Under the pieces are notes generated by a model that was given only the letters and a program-made list of their open reading frames with translations, was not told the DNA's origin and did no database searches. DNA of 64,000 nucleotides from Minisyncoccota bacterium (lineage in GTDB: Bacteria; Patescibacteriota; Minisyncoccia; Phycocordibacterales; DATDWN01), in contig JBAZZC010000006.1 in the NCBI GenBank assembly GCA_041658985.1, positions 2,369-66,368 of the forward strand, written 5' to 3'. Of the stretch, positions 39,713 to 48,483 are shown in pieces (the stretch's first letter is position 1; each line of letters begins with the position of its first letter). The position numbers and the translations under genes were made by a program.

Positions 39713-39979
39713 CTACTCCTTTTGACCACCCGCCTTTACTTTATTGAGAGCCATTTCTTTCTCAAGGGAGAAAAACTCGGCTCTTTTAATCCTCTGGGAG
39801 AGAGCATAAATCCAGCTTACATTGCAGGGGTCGTGGGCTTTTACCCACTCAAGGTAAGCTTTCCCTTCCGTGATGAGTTGGTACATCCACTCAAGAGGAT
39901 CTTCCGGGTGAAGCTTTCTAAGGGCTTCAGCGCAGTCGACAAGTTCTTGTTCCACTTGAACCTTGTTTTGTTTTCCCAT
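39713..39979 (-). CDS. Hypothetical protein (orphan cassette)
   Basis: AAGGAGGTG SD; terminator AAAAGGTG..CACCTTTT at about 39629-39679. Confidence 0.6.
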   Translation of the reverse strand: MGKQNKVQVEQELVDCAEALRKLHPEDPLEWMYQLITEGKAYLEWVKAHDPCNVSWIYALSQRIKRAEFFSLEKEMALNKVKAGGQKE

Positions 39980-40082
39980 TTTTTCACCTCCTTCGTGGGA
40001 AAATGGATTGGGTTGTCGGGTTACAAATCTAACAAGAATATATCATTTTTTGTTAATTGAGTAAATATGCTATAATGCTGGC

Positions 40083-42050
40083 GTGAAGATAGATTTAAAA
40101 AAGAAGGTTTTAGTGGGACCCATAAGCATCAACACAAAAGGTGTTGGTTTTTTTGACATAATTGATAAGGACAGCATAGAAATCCAGCCACAATACGTTA
40201 ATAGGGCCTTCCATGGAGATACAGTAGAGATTTCCCTGACTGGAAAAAGGATAAAAGGAAGAGAGCAGGGCAAGGTCAACAAAATAATTCAAAGGATAAA
40301 AACAGAATTTGTCGGAGTTGTAGATAAACATGATGGAAGTATTTTTATTATTCCAGACGATAAAAGATTGTATGTGGACATATTTTTACCAGAAGAAACA
40401 AAAGTCACTGCCGGAGATAAGGTTTTAGTAAAAATCGTTGATTGGGAAGCAAAAAATCTCCAGGGCAACCTCTTAAAAGTCATTGGTAAGAAAGGTGAAA
40501 ACAACACAGAAATGGAATCTATCGTCCTGGAGAAAGGTTTTAGAATTGAATTCCCTGTGGAAGTGCAGAGAGAGGCAGAAAAGATAAAAAATGAATATAA
40601 AAACCATTTCGAAGCCGAGGCAAAAAACAGAAAAGACATGAGAAGTATAACAACCATGACCATAGACCCGGCAGATGCCAAAGACTTTGACGATGCTATC
40701 TCCTTTCAGGATTTAGGAAATAATCAATACGAAATTGGTGTTCATATTGCCGATGTCTCGTATTTTGTAACCCCAAACACAAAACTTGATAAAGAATCAG
40801 AAAAAAGAGGACTGTCTGTCTACCTTGTTGACCGAACAATTCCAATGCTCCCAGAAATTCTTTCTAACGACTTGTGTTCCCTGAACCCAAATGAAGACAA
40901 GTTTACTTTTTCTGCCGTATTTACCTTAAATAGCAATGGTGATGTAGAAAAGGAATGGTTTGGTCGCACAGTAATACATAGTGACAAAAGATTTTCATAT
41001 GAGGAAGCGCAGGATGTTATAGACGGCCTGCCTGCCATGCCTGCGCATGCAGGGCAGGCAGGGAAAAAGCAAGGGTCCCACCAAAAAGAGCTTCGTAAAC
41101 TAAAAGAAATCGCTCAAAAACTGGAGAAGAAAAAATATCATGGCGGAGCAATAAACTTTGAAACAGAAGAAGTAAAATTTGAGTTAGACAAAGCCGGTAA
41201 GCCGATTCGTGTTTATAAAAAAAGTCGCCTAGAAACACACAAACTGGTAGAAGAGTTCATGCTTTTAGCCAATCGAGCGGTAGCAAAATTTGTTTTCATG
41301 TCACAAAATAAAGACATCCGTAAAAAAGGCGCCCAGAGTGTCTACAGAATTCACGCCAACCCAGACCCAGAAAGAATACAAAACTTGGCTATATTTTTAA
41401 AAGCCCTTGGTTTTGAATTGAAAAATAAAGATGGACACGTAACTTCAAAAGATATAAATAAACTTTTGGAGGAAGTTGAGGGTACACCAAACGAGGAACT
41501 GATAAAAACAGCCACTATCCGTAGTATGGCCAAAGCGGTTTATTCCACAAAAAATATCGGGCACTTTGGTCTGGCTTTCACATATTACACACACTTCACT
41601 TCACCCATCCGCCGGTATCCAGACCTTCTTGTTCATAGATTTCTTGAAAGAGAATTAAAGGGAGGAAAAATAGAACAAAACGAGTATCAAAAATTTGAAC
41701 AAATCTGTTTGGAATCCAGCGAGCTTGAAAAGAAAGCCTCTGATGCAGAAAGAGCAAGTATAAAATACAAACAAGTAGAATACATGACAGAACATGTCGG
41801 ACAGGATTATGATGGAACAATAACTGGTGTGACGGAGTGGGGTATCTACATAGAAGAAAAAGAAACAAAGTGTGAGGGTATGGTAAAACTTCGTGATTTA
41901 GATGATGACTACTACTCACTTGATGAAAAAAATTACACCCTGAAAGGAGAAAAAACTGGACGAAAATTTACTTTGGGTGATTCTGTGAGATTTCGGGTTG
42001 TGTCAGCCGATATGGAAAAAAGGGTCTTAGATTATAAACTGTTGGACTAA
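40083..42050 (+). CDS. rnr: Ribonuclease R
   Basis: TIDPADAKDFDDA, VHIADVS, EEFMLLAN, YTHFTSPIRRYPDL, C-terminal S1 domain. Confidence 0.96.
   Translation: MKIDLKKKVLVGPISINTKGVGFFDIIDKDSIEIQPQYVNRAFHGDTVEISLTGKRIKGREQGKVNKIIQRIKTEFVGVVDKHDGSIFIIPDDKRLYVDIFLPEETKVTAGDKVLVKIVDWEAKNLQGNLLKVIGKKGENNTEMESIVLEKGFRIEFPVEVQREAEKIKNEYKNHFEAEAKNRKDMRSITTMTIDPADAKDFDDAISFQDLGNNQYEIGVHIADVSYFVTPNTKLDKESEKRGLSVYLVDRTIPMLPEILSNDLCSLNPNEDKFTFSAVFTLNSNGDVEKEWFGRTVIHSDKRFSYEEAQDVIDGLPAMPAHAGQAGKKQGSHQKELRKLKEIAQKLEKKKYHGGAINFETEEVKFELDKAGKPIRVYKKSRLETHKLVEEFMLLANRAVAKFVFMSQNKDIRKKGAQSVYRIHANPDPERIQNLAIFLKALGFELKNKDGHVTSKDINKLLEEVEGTPNEELIKTATIRSMAKAVYSTKNIGHFGLAFTYYTHFTSPIRRYPDLLVHRFLERELKGGKIEQNEYQKFEQICLESSELEKKASDAERASIKYKQVEYMTEHVGQDYDGTITGVTEWGIYIEEKETKCEGMVKLRDLDDDYYSLDEKNYTLKGEKTGRKFTLGDSVRFRVVSADMEKRVLDYKLLD
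41027..41062. repeat. 36-bp GC-rich palindromic insertion in-frame within rnr
   Basis: CCTGCCTGCC-ATG-CCTGCGCATGCAGG-GCAGGCAGG encodes LPAMPAHAGQAG. Confidence 0.75.
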
Positions 42051-42091
42051 AACCTAATAATGTTGTATAATGCCAGAGGAGGTGTCACGCC

Positions 42092-42520
42092 ATGGTAGCA
42101 AGAGTGTTGCAATGGCTTCAAGTGATGCCATTGAAAAAGAAGCGAGAGAAAAAACTCCGCGGAGTCGCCCTTGCAGTAAAGATCGCGGGTGACATCGCAG
42201 AAGCTGGACTGCTTAGGGTGGTGGAGAGAGATGACAATCCACCTGGAGAGGTCTGCGCCAAAATCAGAGTCTACACCAGACTGAGGGTAACTACCAAGAT
42301 AGAGGGTACGGAACCACCAGTCTACTACTCCGAATGGAAAGAGTTCAGGTGGTGGGTCAATCTTCGCCCAAAACACTTTCCAGCAAGTGTGGAAAACCCA
42401 GGTCCCCTGATTCCAGAAGCACACCAGATTCACTCTATTGAATTCTGGTTCGCAAAGAAAAGAAGCTGTCGGCATCTCGCCGACCCCAGTACACATCTCA
42501 CGATCAAATCGTGGGAATGA
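42092..42520 (+). CDS. Hypothetical protein (GC-richer orphan cassette)
   Basis: TATAAT at 42066, GAGGAGGTG SD, terminator AACCCCC..GGGGGTTT. Confidence 0.6.
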   Translation: MVARVLQWLQVMPLKKKREKKLRGVALAVKIAGDIAEAGLLRVVERDDNPPGEVCAKIRVYTRLRVTTKIEGTEPPVYYSEWKEFRWWVNLRPKHFPASVENPGPLIPEAHQIHSIEFWFAKKRSCRHLADPSTHLTIKSWE

Positions 42521-42579
42521 TAACCCCCAAGTGAATCGTTTTCGTGACGGTGAACAAGGGGGTTTCGCGTTTTAAAAAA

Positions 42580-44613
42580 TTATAATCTTTCAAGTATCTT
42601 TACTACTCCTTTATTTGCATCAACCTCTACAATGTCTCCATCTTTCAGTATTTGAGTTGCAATCCTTGTTCCAATAATACATGGTTTTTTGAGTTCCCTA
42701 GCAGTAATAGCTGCATGAGAAGTGATTCCTCCCTCATCAGTTATAATTGCACCAGCTTTTAATACAGCAGGTAAAAAGTCAGTTGTGGTCATAGGAGAAA
42801 CAATAACATCTCCTTCCATCACCTCCCCCACCTGTTCTCTTCGTCTTAAGATTTTTACTTTACCAGTCACCCTCCCCTTTTGAGCGATTTCGCCTCTTAT
42901 CTCATTAGACCCCTCCCCACTTACAACATCTTTTTTAAAAATAAAGTTTGGATGTAATTTATTAAATTCATCTAGGGTTATCATTAATCTTTCTGCCCCT
43001 TGAACCGCAAGAAAATGCTCCCTTCGTTTTTTTAATATATCAATATCTGGAATTGAATCTAGCTCGTCAAAGAAAATTGTTGTCTCTAAACCTTTTAATT
43101 CTGGATACAAACTAATAAGACTGTTACGAATAACTATGTCGTTTTTTGCAAAGAAGTCGTCTTCGTTTCGCATTTCAATAGCCTTATCCATCACATTTTT
43201 TGGTGTCCTATCATCTAAAGTAGAGTAATAGTACGGAATATAATAAGCCATGGTCTCTTTTGATATTTCAATCAATTTCTTTATCTTTTCAATAGAGAGC
43301 ATCTTTTCTTCCCACAATTTATGGATTGCTGACAATTTTTCTTTGTATTTTTTCAGAACTTCATCCATAAATTCCGAAGTTTCAGAGTTTTTCTTTAAAA
43401 TAGTACTTGATAACCACCTAGTAGCCCTTACATTTTCCCAAACTTCAATACTTCCTTGACTCATATAGTTAATAATGATTGGAGTATATGGATTTTTCCA
43501 ACCATATTCTTTTTCAACTGCTTCAGAACAGCCATAAGGCCACATTTCCTGCATTATGTACGTTGTGTCACGAGTTATTTTTTCAAAAATTATTTTTCTT
43601 GGTCCAAATATTGTGGTTAATGTTTTTTTCCAAAAACCATTTTGACTCTTTTGATTTGGTTTTTCTTTTAATAAGGTTGTGATTGGACGGCTTTGTAAAA
43701 TATAAAAATTTCCACCCTCAAGTGCCCACTCAATGTCACAAGGAAAATCGTAGTGATTCTCAATTTTTATTATTAAGTCAGCCAACTCAAGAATTTGTGC
43801 TTCTGTAAGAACTTGAGATGAGGCTTTGGGTTCTGAAATATCTAGCCATTCATTACCACCAGTCTCTGCACGATAAAGCCCCCTCGTTTGAGTGGAGATA
43901 TTCGTATCAATAATTTCTCTTGGTTCTTTTTCAACGACATAAGAATTTGGGGTAATCTGTCCTGATACAATTGCTTCGCCCAAGCCAAACCCGGCTTCTA
44001 TTACTATTTGATTTTTGTCTTCTGTAACAGGATGAACAGAAAAGGCAACGCCTGATATTTCGGAATCAACCATTTTTTGAACAACAACTGCTACTGATAT
44101 TTTAGTTGTGTGCAAGCCCTTTTCAAACCTGTAAAATATAGCTCTCGGGGTAAAGAGAGAGGCCCAACATTTTTGAATATTTTCAAGTAAATTTTCTTCT
44201 TTTGTATTTAAAAATGAATCAAGTTGTCCCGCCCAAGCGTTTTCTGTTCCATCTTCGGCCGTAGCAGAAGAGCGAACGGCAACAAATTTAGCATCTAATT
44301 CTTTAAACTGTTTTTTTATTTCATCTACAATATTCTCTGGTATTGTTACATTCTTAATTAGACCTTGTATTTTTTCTGAAACATTTTCTACTGTGTGTAT
44401 TTCTCTGTGGTCAACCCCATAAAGAGCACTATCAATTTCTTGAATCAAATCCGACTCTTTTATAAACTGGTCAAAAGCTGTGGACAAGATAATAAATCCA
44501 GAAGGTATCGGCATCCCCGCCTGTGCCATTTCACCAAGGGAGGCACCCTTACCTCCAGCCAAAGTAACATCTTTTTTATTTATCTCTGTAAATTTTTTAG
44601 TAAAATTCCACAT
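42580..44613 (-). CDS. PEP-utilising dikinase-like protein: ATP-grasp domain + central domain + His swivel domain
   Basis: GGKGASLGE, AVRSSA..ED, VVVQKMV, GLGEAIVSG, DIEWA..ILQSRPIT; C-terminal GGITSHAAI.ARE. No pyruvate-binding TIM barrel. Confidence 0.85.
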   Translation of the reverse strand: MWNFTKKFTEINKKDVTLAGGKGASLGEMAQAGMPIPSGFIILSTAFDQFIKESDLIQEIDSALYGVDHREIHTVENVSEKIQGLIKNVTIPENIVDEIKKQFKELDAKFVAVRSSATAEDGTENAWAGQLDSFLNTKEENLLENIQKCWASLFTPRAIFYRFEKGLHTTKISVAVVVQKMVDSEISGVAFSVHPVTEDKNQIVIEAGFGLGEAIVSGQITPNSYVVEKEPREIIDTNISTQTRGLYRAETGGNEWLDISEPKASSQVLTEAQILELADLIIKIENHYDFPCDIEWALEGGNFYILQSRPITTLLKEKPNQKSQNGFWKKTLTTIFGPRKIIFEKITRDTTYIMQEMWPYGCSEAVEKEYGWKNPYTPIIINYMSQGSIEVWENVRATRWLSSTILKKNSETSEFMDEVLKKYKEKLSAIHKLWEEKMLSIEKIKKLIEISKETMAYYIPYYYSTLDDRTPKNVMDKAIEMRNEDDFFAKNDIVIRNSLISLYPELKGLETTIFFDELDSIPDIDILKKRREHFLAVQGAERLMITLDEFNKLHPNFIFKKDVVSGEGSNEIRGEIAQKGRVTGKVKILRRREQVGEVMEGDVIVSPMTTTDFLPAVLKAGAIITDEGGITSHAAITARELKKPCIIGTRIATQILKDGDIVEVDANKGVVKILERL

Positions 44614-44615
44614 AT

Positions 44616-46868
44616 TTATTTGGCTATTGTCACTGCTTGGTCAAAAGCCACAGACAAAAGCTTAGACCCGCCACCCATACCCATAGTTACACCATATAGA
44701 ACTCCGGCGCGAGACATTGTTTCGCGGTTGTGGGTAATTAAAATTAGTTGAGAATATTTTGAAAGATTTTCTATCATATCTCCGTATTTTTTTGAATTTG
44801 CTTCATCCAGCGCTGCGTCTGTTTCATCTAGAATAATAAACGGTGGTGGATTAACTTGAGAAACAGCAAAAAGTAAGGCGATGGAGGTCAGGGCCCTTTC
44901 GCCACCAGAGAGCATCATAAGTCCTTTTATTTTTTTCTTTGGAAGATTCACCTCTATATCTATTCCTTCCTCTACTTCCTCTGGAACTGTATCCTCCAGA
45001 GTTGGGTCTTCCTCGAGAAGCAAATCATCTACTTCTTTCTTTTTGTGCTTCGGCGGTGCCACGACGGAAAGCCTTGCTTCTCCCCCCCCAAACATAACAG
45101 CAAAATATTCTTTAAACTGAATGTTTATTTTATCAACTCCATTTTTAAACTCTGTTGAAAGTCGCACATCTAAATCAGCAATTAGTTCTGTCAGAGACTG
45201 TGCTGATTTTTCCAAATCAGTTAATTCTTTTTCCAAAAAGGCATCCCTTTCACTCACTTCCGTATATTCCTTTAAAACGTCAGTACCTTCTGTCCCTCCA
45301 GCGTCCTCAAGACGGATTTTTGTTTTCTCTATTTTGCGACGACGTTCTTCCTGTGCACTTCTTGGTTCGTCAAAATCAAATAAAAGAGACTGAAACTGTA
45401 AGACGTGAGTGCCAAGCATCATACCAAGTTCCGTCAGTTCTCTTTTGAAATCCTCACGAACCAGACGAAGTGTCTCTTCCTCTGCTTTTAAACTGTGTAG
45501 TTTGGAGCGAACTTCTTGCGATTCGGACATAATTCGAAAAACCGCTTTCTCAGCATCACGATTTGAATCTTTTTCTTTCTCTATTTTATTTTGCAGGGCT
45601 GTATATTGGTTAGTTAATCCATTTTCTTTATTCTTTATCTCTTCCAGAGACTCTTCAATTTGCCTCTTTGAGTTTTTAAGATTTTCAATATCTTTGGTGG
45701 CCTCAGAAAGAAGTGAGCTGTCAACCTTTTCCTTGTTTTTGTCCACAAATCTCGAGAGCAATTCCCCAACCTCGTCCAGTGCCGTCAGTAACTTCTCCAA
45801 ACTGCCATCTCTTTTTGCCTCTTTTATTTTTTCTTCAATTTGAGAAGATAGTGTTTCCACAGAAACTAAAGTTACGGTCTTGTGCTCTAAGGAATGTGCT
45901 ATTTCCTCCTGTTTTTTGACCATCCTGACAAGTGAAGAAATCTCGCCATCAAGTTTGCCGGCCTCACGAAACAAACCATCTTTTTCTTCACGAATTTTTT
46001 GTAATTCTCTCTCCAGTGTAATAAGTTCTTCCGATGTGGCATCTTTATGTTTACTACTATCTAAAATATGTTTAGCCTCTTCTAGTTCTGTATTGAGCTC
46101 TTTTTCTTTTTCTAGCAATGGCAACTTTTGACTTTCGACTTTTGACTTTTGACTACTAATATATTCTTCTTCTCGTCTGCAATATTCAAGAGCATCTTTT
46201 TGTAATTCATCGCGAAGCTCAATTGATTTTTGAACTTTTTCAACTTGTTTTTTCAGGAAGCGAATGTGTGGCATTATTTCTCGACGAAGTGATTGGGTTT
46301 GAGTAATGTTTTCTCTTGTCTTTTCCAACTTTCTTTCACTTTCTTGTTTTTTATATTGATACATCTTGAGACCCAAGGCGTCCTCTATCATTGATTTTCT
46401 TTCTTTTATATTTGCATTGAGAATTCTGTCCGCTTCACCTTGGGAAATAATATGATGCCCCGATGAGCCAATATGGGCAGAAGCCAAAAGTTCCACCACA
46501 TCACGAAGGCGCACCTGTGAGCCATTTATTATGTACTCATTTACCGAATCACGATGAACTACTCGTTCAATGGTGACTGTTTCATAATCAATCGGGAGAA
46601 ATTTACTACTATTATCAAAGATGATTTTTACACTAGCTCTGTTTGCCCTCGGTGTATCATTTGAGCCATTCCAGATTAAATCTTCACCCTTTTTTCCACG
46701 AAGAGACTTAATGGATTGTTCACCCAAAACGAAACTAAAGGCTTCAGCCACATTTGACTTACCAGAACCATTTGGCCCAACAATAGCCGAAATTTTAGAC
46801 GTGAACTGAAGCTCGCTCTTTTTAGCAAAGGATTTAAACCCGTTTAGTTCAATACTTTTTAAATACAT
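44616..46868 (-). CDS. smc: Short SMC-family ATPase
   Basis: GFKSF, GPNGSGKSN, IISQG, LSGGE, LDETDAALD, LITH; only 750 aa. Confidence 0.88.
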   Translation of the reverse strand: MYLKSIELNGFKSFAKKSELQFTSKISAIVGPNGSGKSNVAEAFSFVLGEQSIKSLRGKKGEDLIWNGSNDTPRANRASVKIIFDNSSKFLPIDYETVTIERVVHRDSVNEYIINGSQVRLRDVVELLASAHIGSSGHHIISQGEADRILNANIKERKSMIEDALGLKMYQYKKQESERKLEKTRENITQTQSLRREIMPHIRFLKKQVEKVQKSIELRDELQKDALEYCRREEEYISSQKSKVESQKLPLLEKEKELNTELEEAKHILDSSKHKDATSEELITLERELQKIREEKDGLFREAGKLDGEISSLVRMVKKQEEIAHSLEHKTVTLVSVETLSSQIEEKIKEAKRDGSLEKLLTALDEVGELLSRFVDKNKEKVDSSLLSEATKDIENLKNSKRQIEESLEEIKNKENGLTNQYTALQNKIEKEKDSNRDAEKAVFRIMSESQEVRSKLHSLKAEEETLRLVREDFKRELTELGMMLGTHVLQFQSLLFDFDEPRSAQEERRRKIEKTKIRLEDAGGTEGTDVLKEYTEVSERDAFLEKELTDLEKSAQSLTELIADLDVRLSTEFKNGVDKINIQFKEYFAVMFGGGEARLSVVAPPKHKKKEVDDLLLEEDPTLEDTVPEEVEEGIDIEVNLPKKKIKGLMMLSGGERALTSIALLFAVSQVNPPPFIILDETDAALDEANSKKYGDMIENLSKYSQLILITHNRETMSRAGVLYGVTMGMGGGSKLLSVAFDQAVTIAK

Positions 46869-47005
46869 TTCGTCTTCTAGTATATCAAATTTTTTTCATA
46901 ACAGAAAAAACAATAACAAAGGAAAAAAGTAATCTACTAAAATAATTTGACAAAACCGTCCTTTAATAGGATCATATTGGCTGGACCCTTTCAAGGAGGC
47001 CCGTT

Positions 47006-47367
47006 TTGAAAGCTAGAGGCTTCAACCTTTTCGCACTCGGCGCTCTGTTCGGAGTTCTCCTAACGGCAGGTGTTGGCCGATACAAGGCCAACGACCAGCC
47101 GACGGAGGTCGTCACGAACCACGACTGGACGTGGGTCAAGGTGGAAAACCTCGTGGGCGTACCCACGAAGGGACACGACTACAGTTTCGGTGACATGTGT
47201 AGCATCATGCCTGGCGGGGTACTGGAGGTCCAAAGAAAGGTGGACCCCTGGGTAGTGCTGGAGTACACAAGTCCCCGAGAACCAACCGAGCCCGAGTGTG
47301 GGAGAGCGGGACCATTTTCAGCATGAAGCTGGCTGAGTTCGACAGACGATGGCCTGCGACACGATAA
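47006..47367 (+). CDS. Secreted hypothetical protein (GC-rich cassette), possibly frameshifted near 47300
   Basis: TTGACA promoter, AGGAGG SD, signal peptide. The ORF stops at 47326, but another frame continues SGTIFSMKLAEFDRRWPATR* to 47367, just before the terminator hairpins. Confidence 0.5.
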
Positions 47368-47477
47368 GTACCTCATGGGATCCTGTAGACTGACAATGCG
47401 TCACTCTACAGGATCCCAGCCCCCGAATTGGAAAACTCCGTTCGGTGGGTTTTTTCGTTTAAAAATCACAATATTGA

Positions 47478-47662
47478 GTTATAACTTTTTCAAGACATTG
47501 CACAGTCAATTAGAAAACAACGACGAAGTACGCCAGCCCGAAGCACTGTTTGAGCGTAGCGAGTTTGCGAAAGGGCCAGTACTGAGGAAGATTGTTTTCT
47601 TGATTGACGAGCATAGTAAAATCGCACCAGCGATTTATACGTGTCTTGAAAAAGTTAGTAAC
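47478..47662 (+). repeat. Structured repeat family H1, copy 2
   Basis: Core 47493-47646 near-identical to the rc of 8410-8575; distinct outer stem GTTATAACTTTTTCAAGACA/TGTCTTGAAAAAGTTAGTAAC. Confidence 0.88.
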
Positions 47663-47671
47663 GAAATAATT

Positions 47672-48367
47672 TTATTGCCAACCACGAGTTACCAGAGCTG
47701 AGCGGGCTGCAGCCTGTTCCGCCTCCTGTTTGGAAACACCATCACCTGTGGCTACTAAATCTTTGCCAACATATACACCAACCGTGAATCTTTTTTCGTG
47801 GTCAGGTCCGGCTTCTTTTATTGTTTTATATGCAGGAGTAATACCATCAAACTCCTGAGCTTTTTCTTGAAACAAGCTTTTAGCGTCAACGTGACTCCCT
47901 GTTGAAATTATATTTTCTATCTTTGGTGTAAAATTTTTCTCAATGAAGTCTTTTGCGGAATCATATCCTTGGTCAATGTAAATCGCACCAATAAGAGCTT
48001 CTAAAGCATTGGCTAGAATATATTGTCTGGCGCGCCCAACATCTTTGCTCTCACCTTTTGAGAGCAGTAAGTAATCACCCATTCCAAGAACCGTAGCAAT
48101 CTGGGAACAAGTATCTGCATTTACTAAGGCCGACCTGTAAGCGGTTAGTTCCCCCTCGGCCCTGTCTTCATATTTTTTAAATAAATAGTCGGTGATAACC
48201 AATTCCAAAACAGCATCGCCAAGAAATTCCAATCTTTCATTGTGTGCCAGACCAGATTGTTTGTTTTCATTTATATATGAACGATGAACAAAAGCCTGCG
48301 TCAAAAGAGCCTCATCTTTAAATGACAGCCCCGCCTCTTTTTGAAATTTTGCAAAATCTGTTGTCAT
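47672..48367 (-). CDS. rnc: Ribonuclease III
   Basis: HNERLEFLGDAVL signature; dsRBD with GPDHEK.F and SKQEAEQ.AA. Confidence 0.97.
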   Translation of the reverse strand: MTTDFAKFQKEAGLSFKDEALLTQAFVHRSYINENKQSGLAHNERLEFLGDAVLELVITDYLFKKYEDRAEGELTAYRSALVNADTCSQIATVLGMGDYLLLSKGESKDVGRARQYILANALEALIGAIYIDQGYDSAKDFIEKNFTPKIENIISTGSHVDAKSLFQEKAQEFDGITPAYKTIKEAGPDHEKRFTVGVYVGKDLVATGDGVSKQEAEQAAARSALVTRGWQ

Positions 48368-48375
48368 GGTATTTA

Positions 48376-48483
48376 TACGAATATGCGAACAATGCGAATC
48401 TACGAATGGCTACGAATTAAATGCTGGTTTGATTGTGTTATTCGTTGACATTCGCATCATTCGTTACATTTGTATATTCGTAT
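48376..48483. repeat. Degenerate short tandem repeats in inverted arrangement
   Basis: (A/G)CGAA(T/C) units facing ATTCG(T/C) units. Confidence 0.6.

Noticed and set aside
47575-47615. CTGAGGA (and CTGACGA near 39480) as hammerhead ribozyme cores
   Set aside because: No stem II followed by GAAA and no stem I/III with an NUH site could be built by eye.
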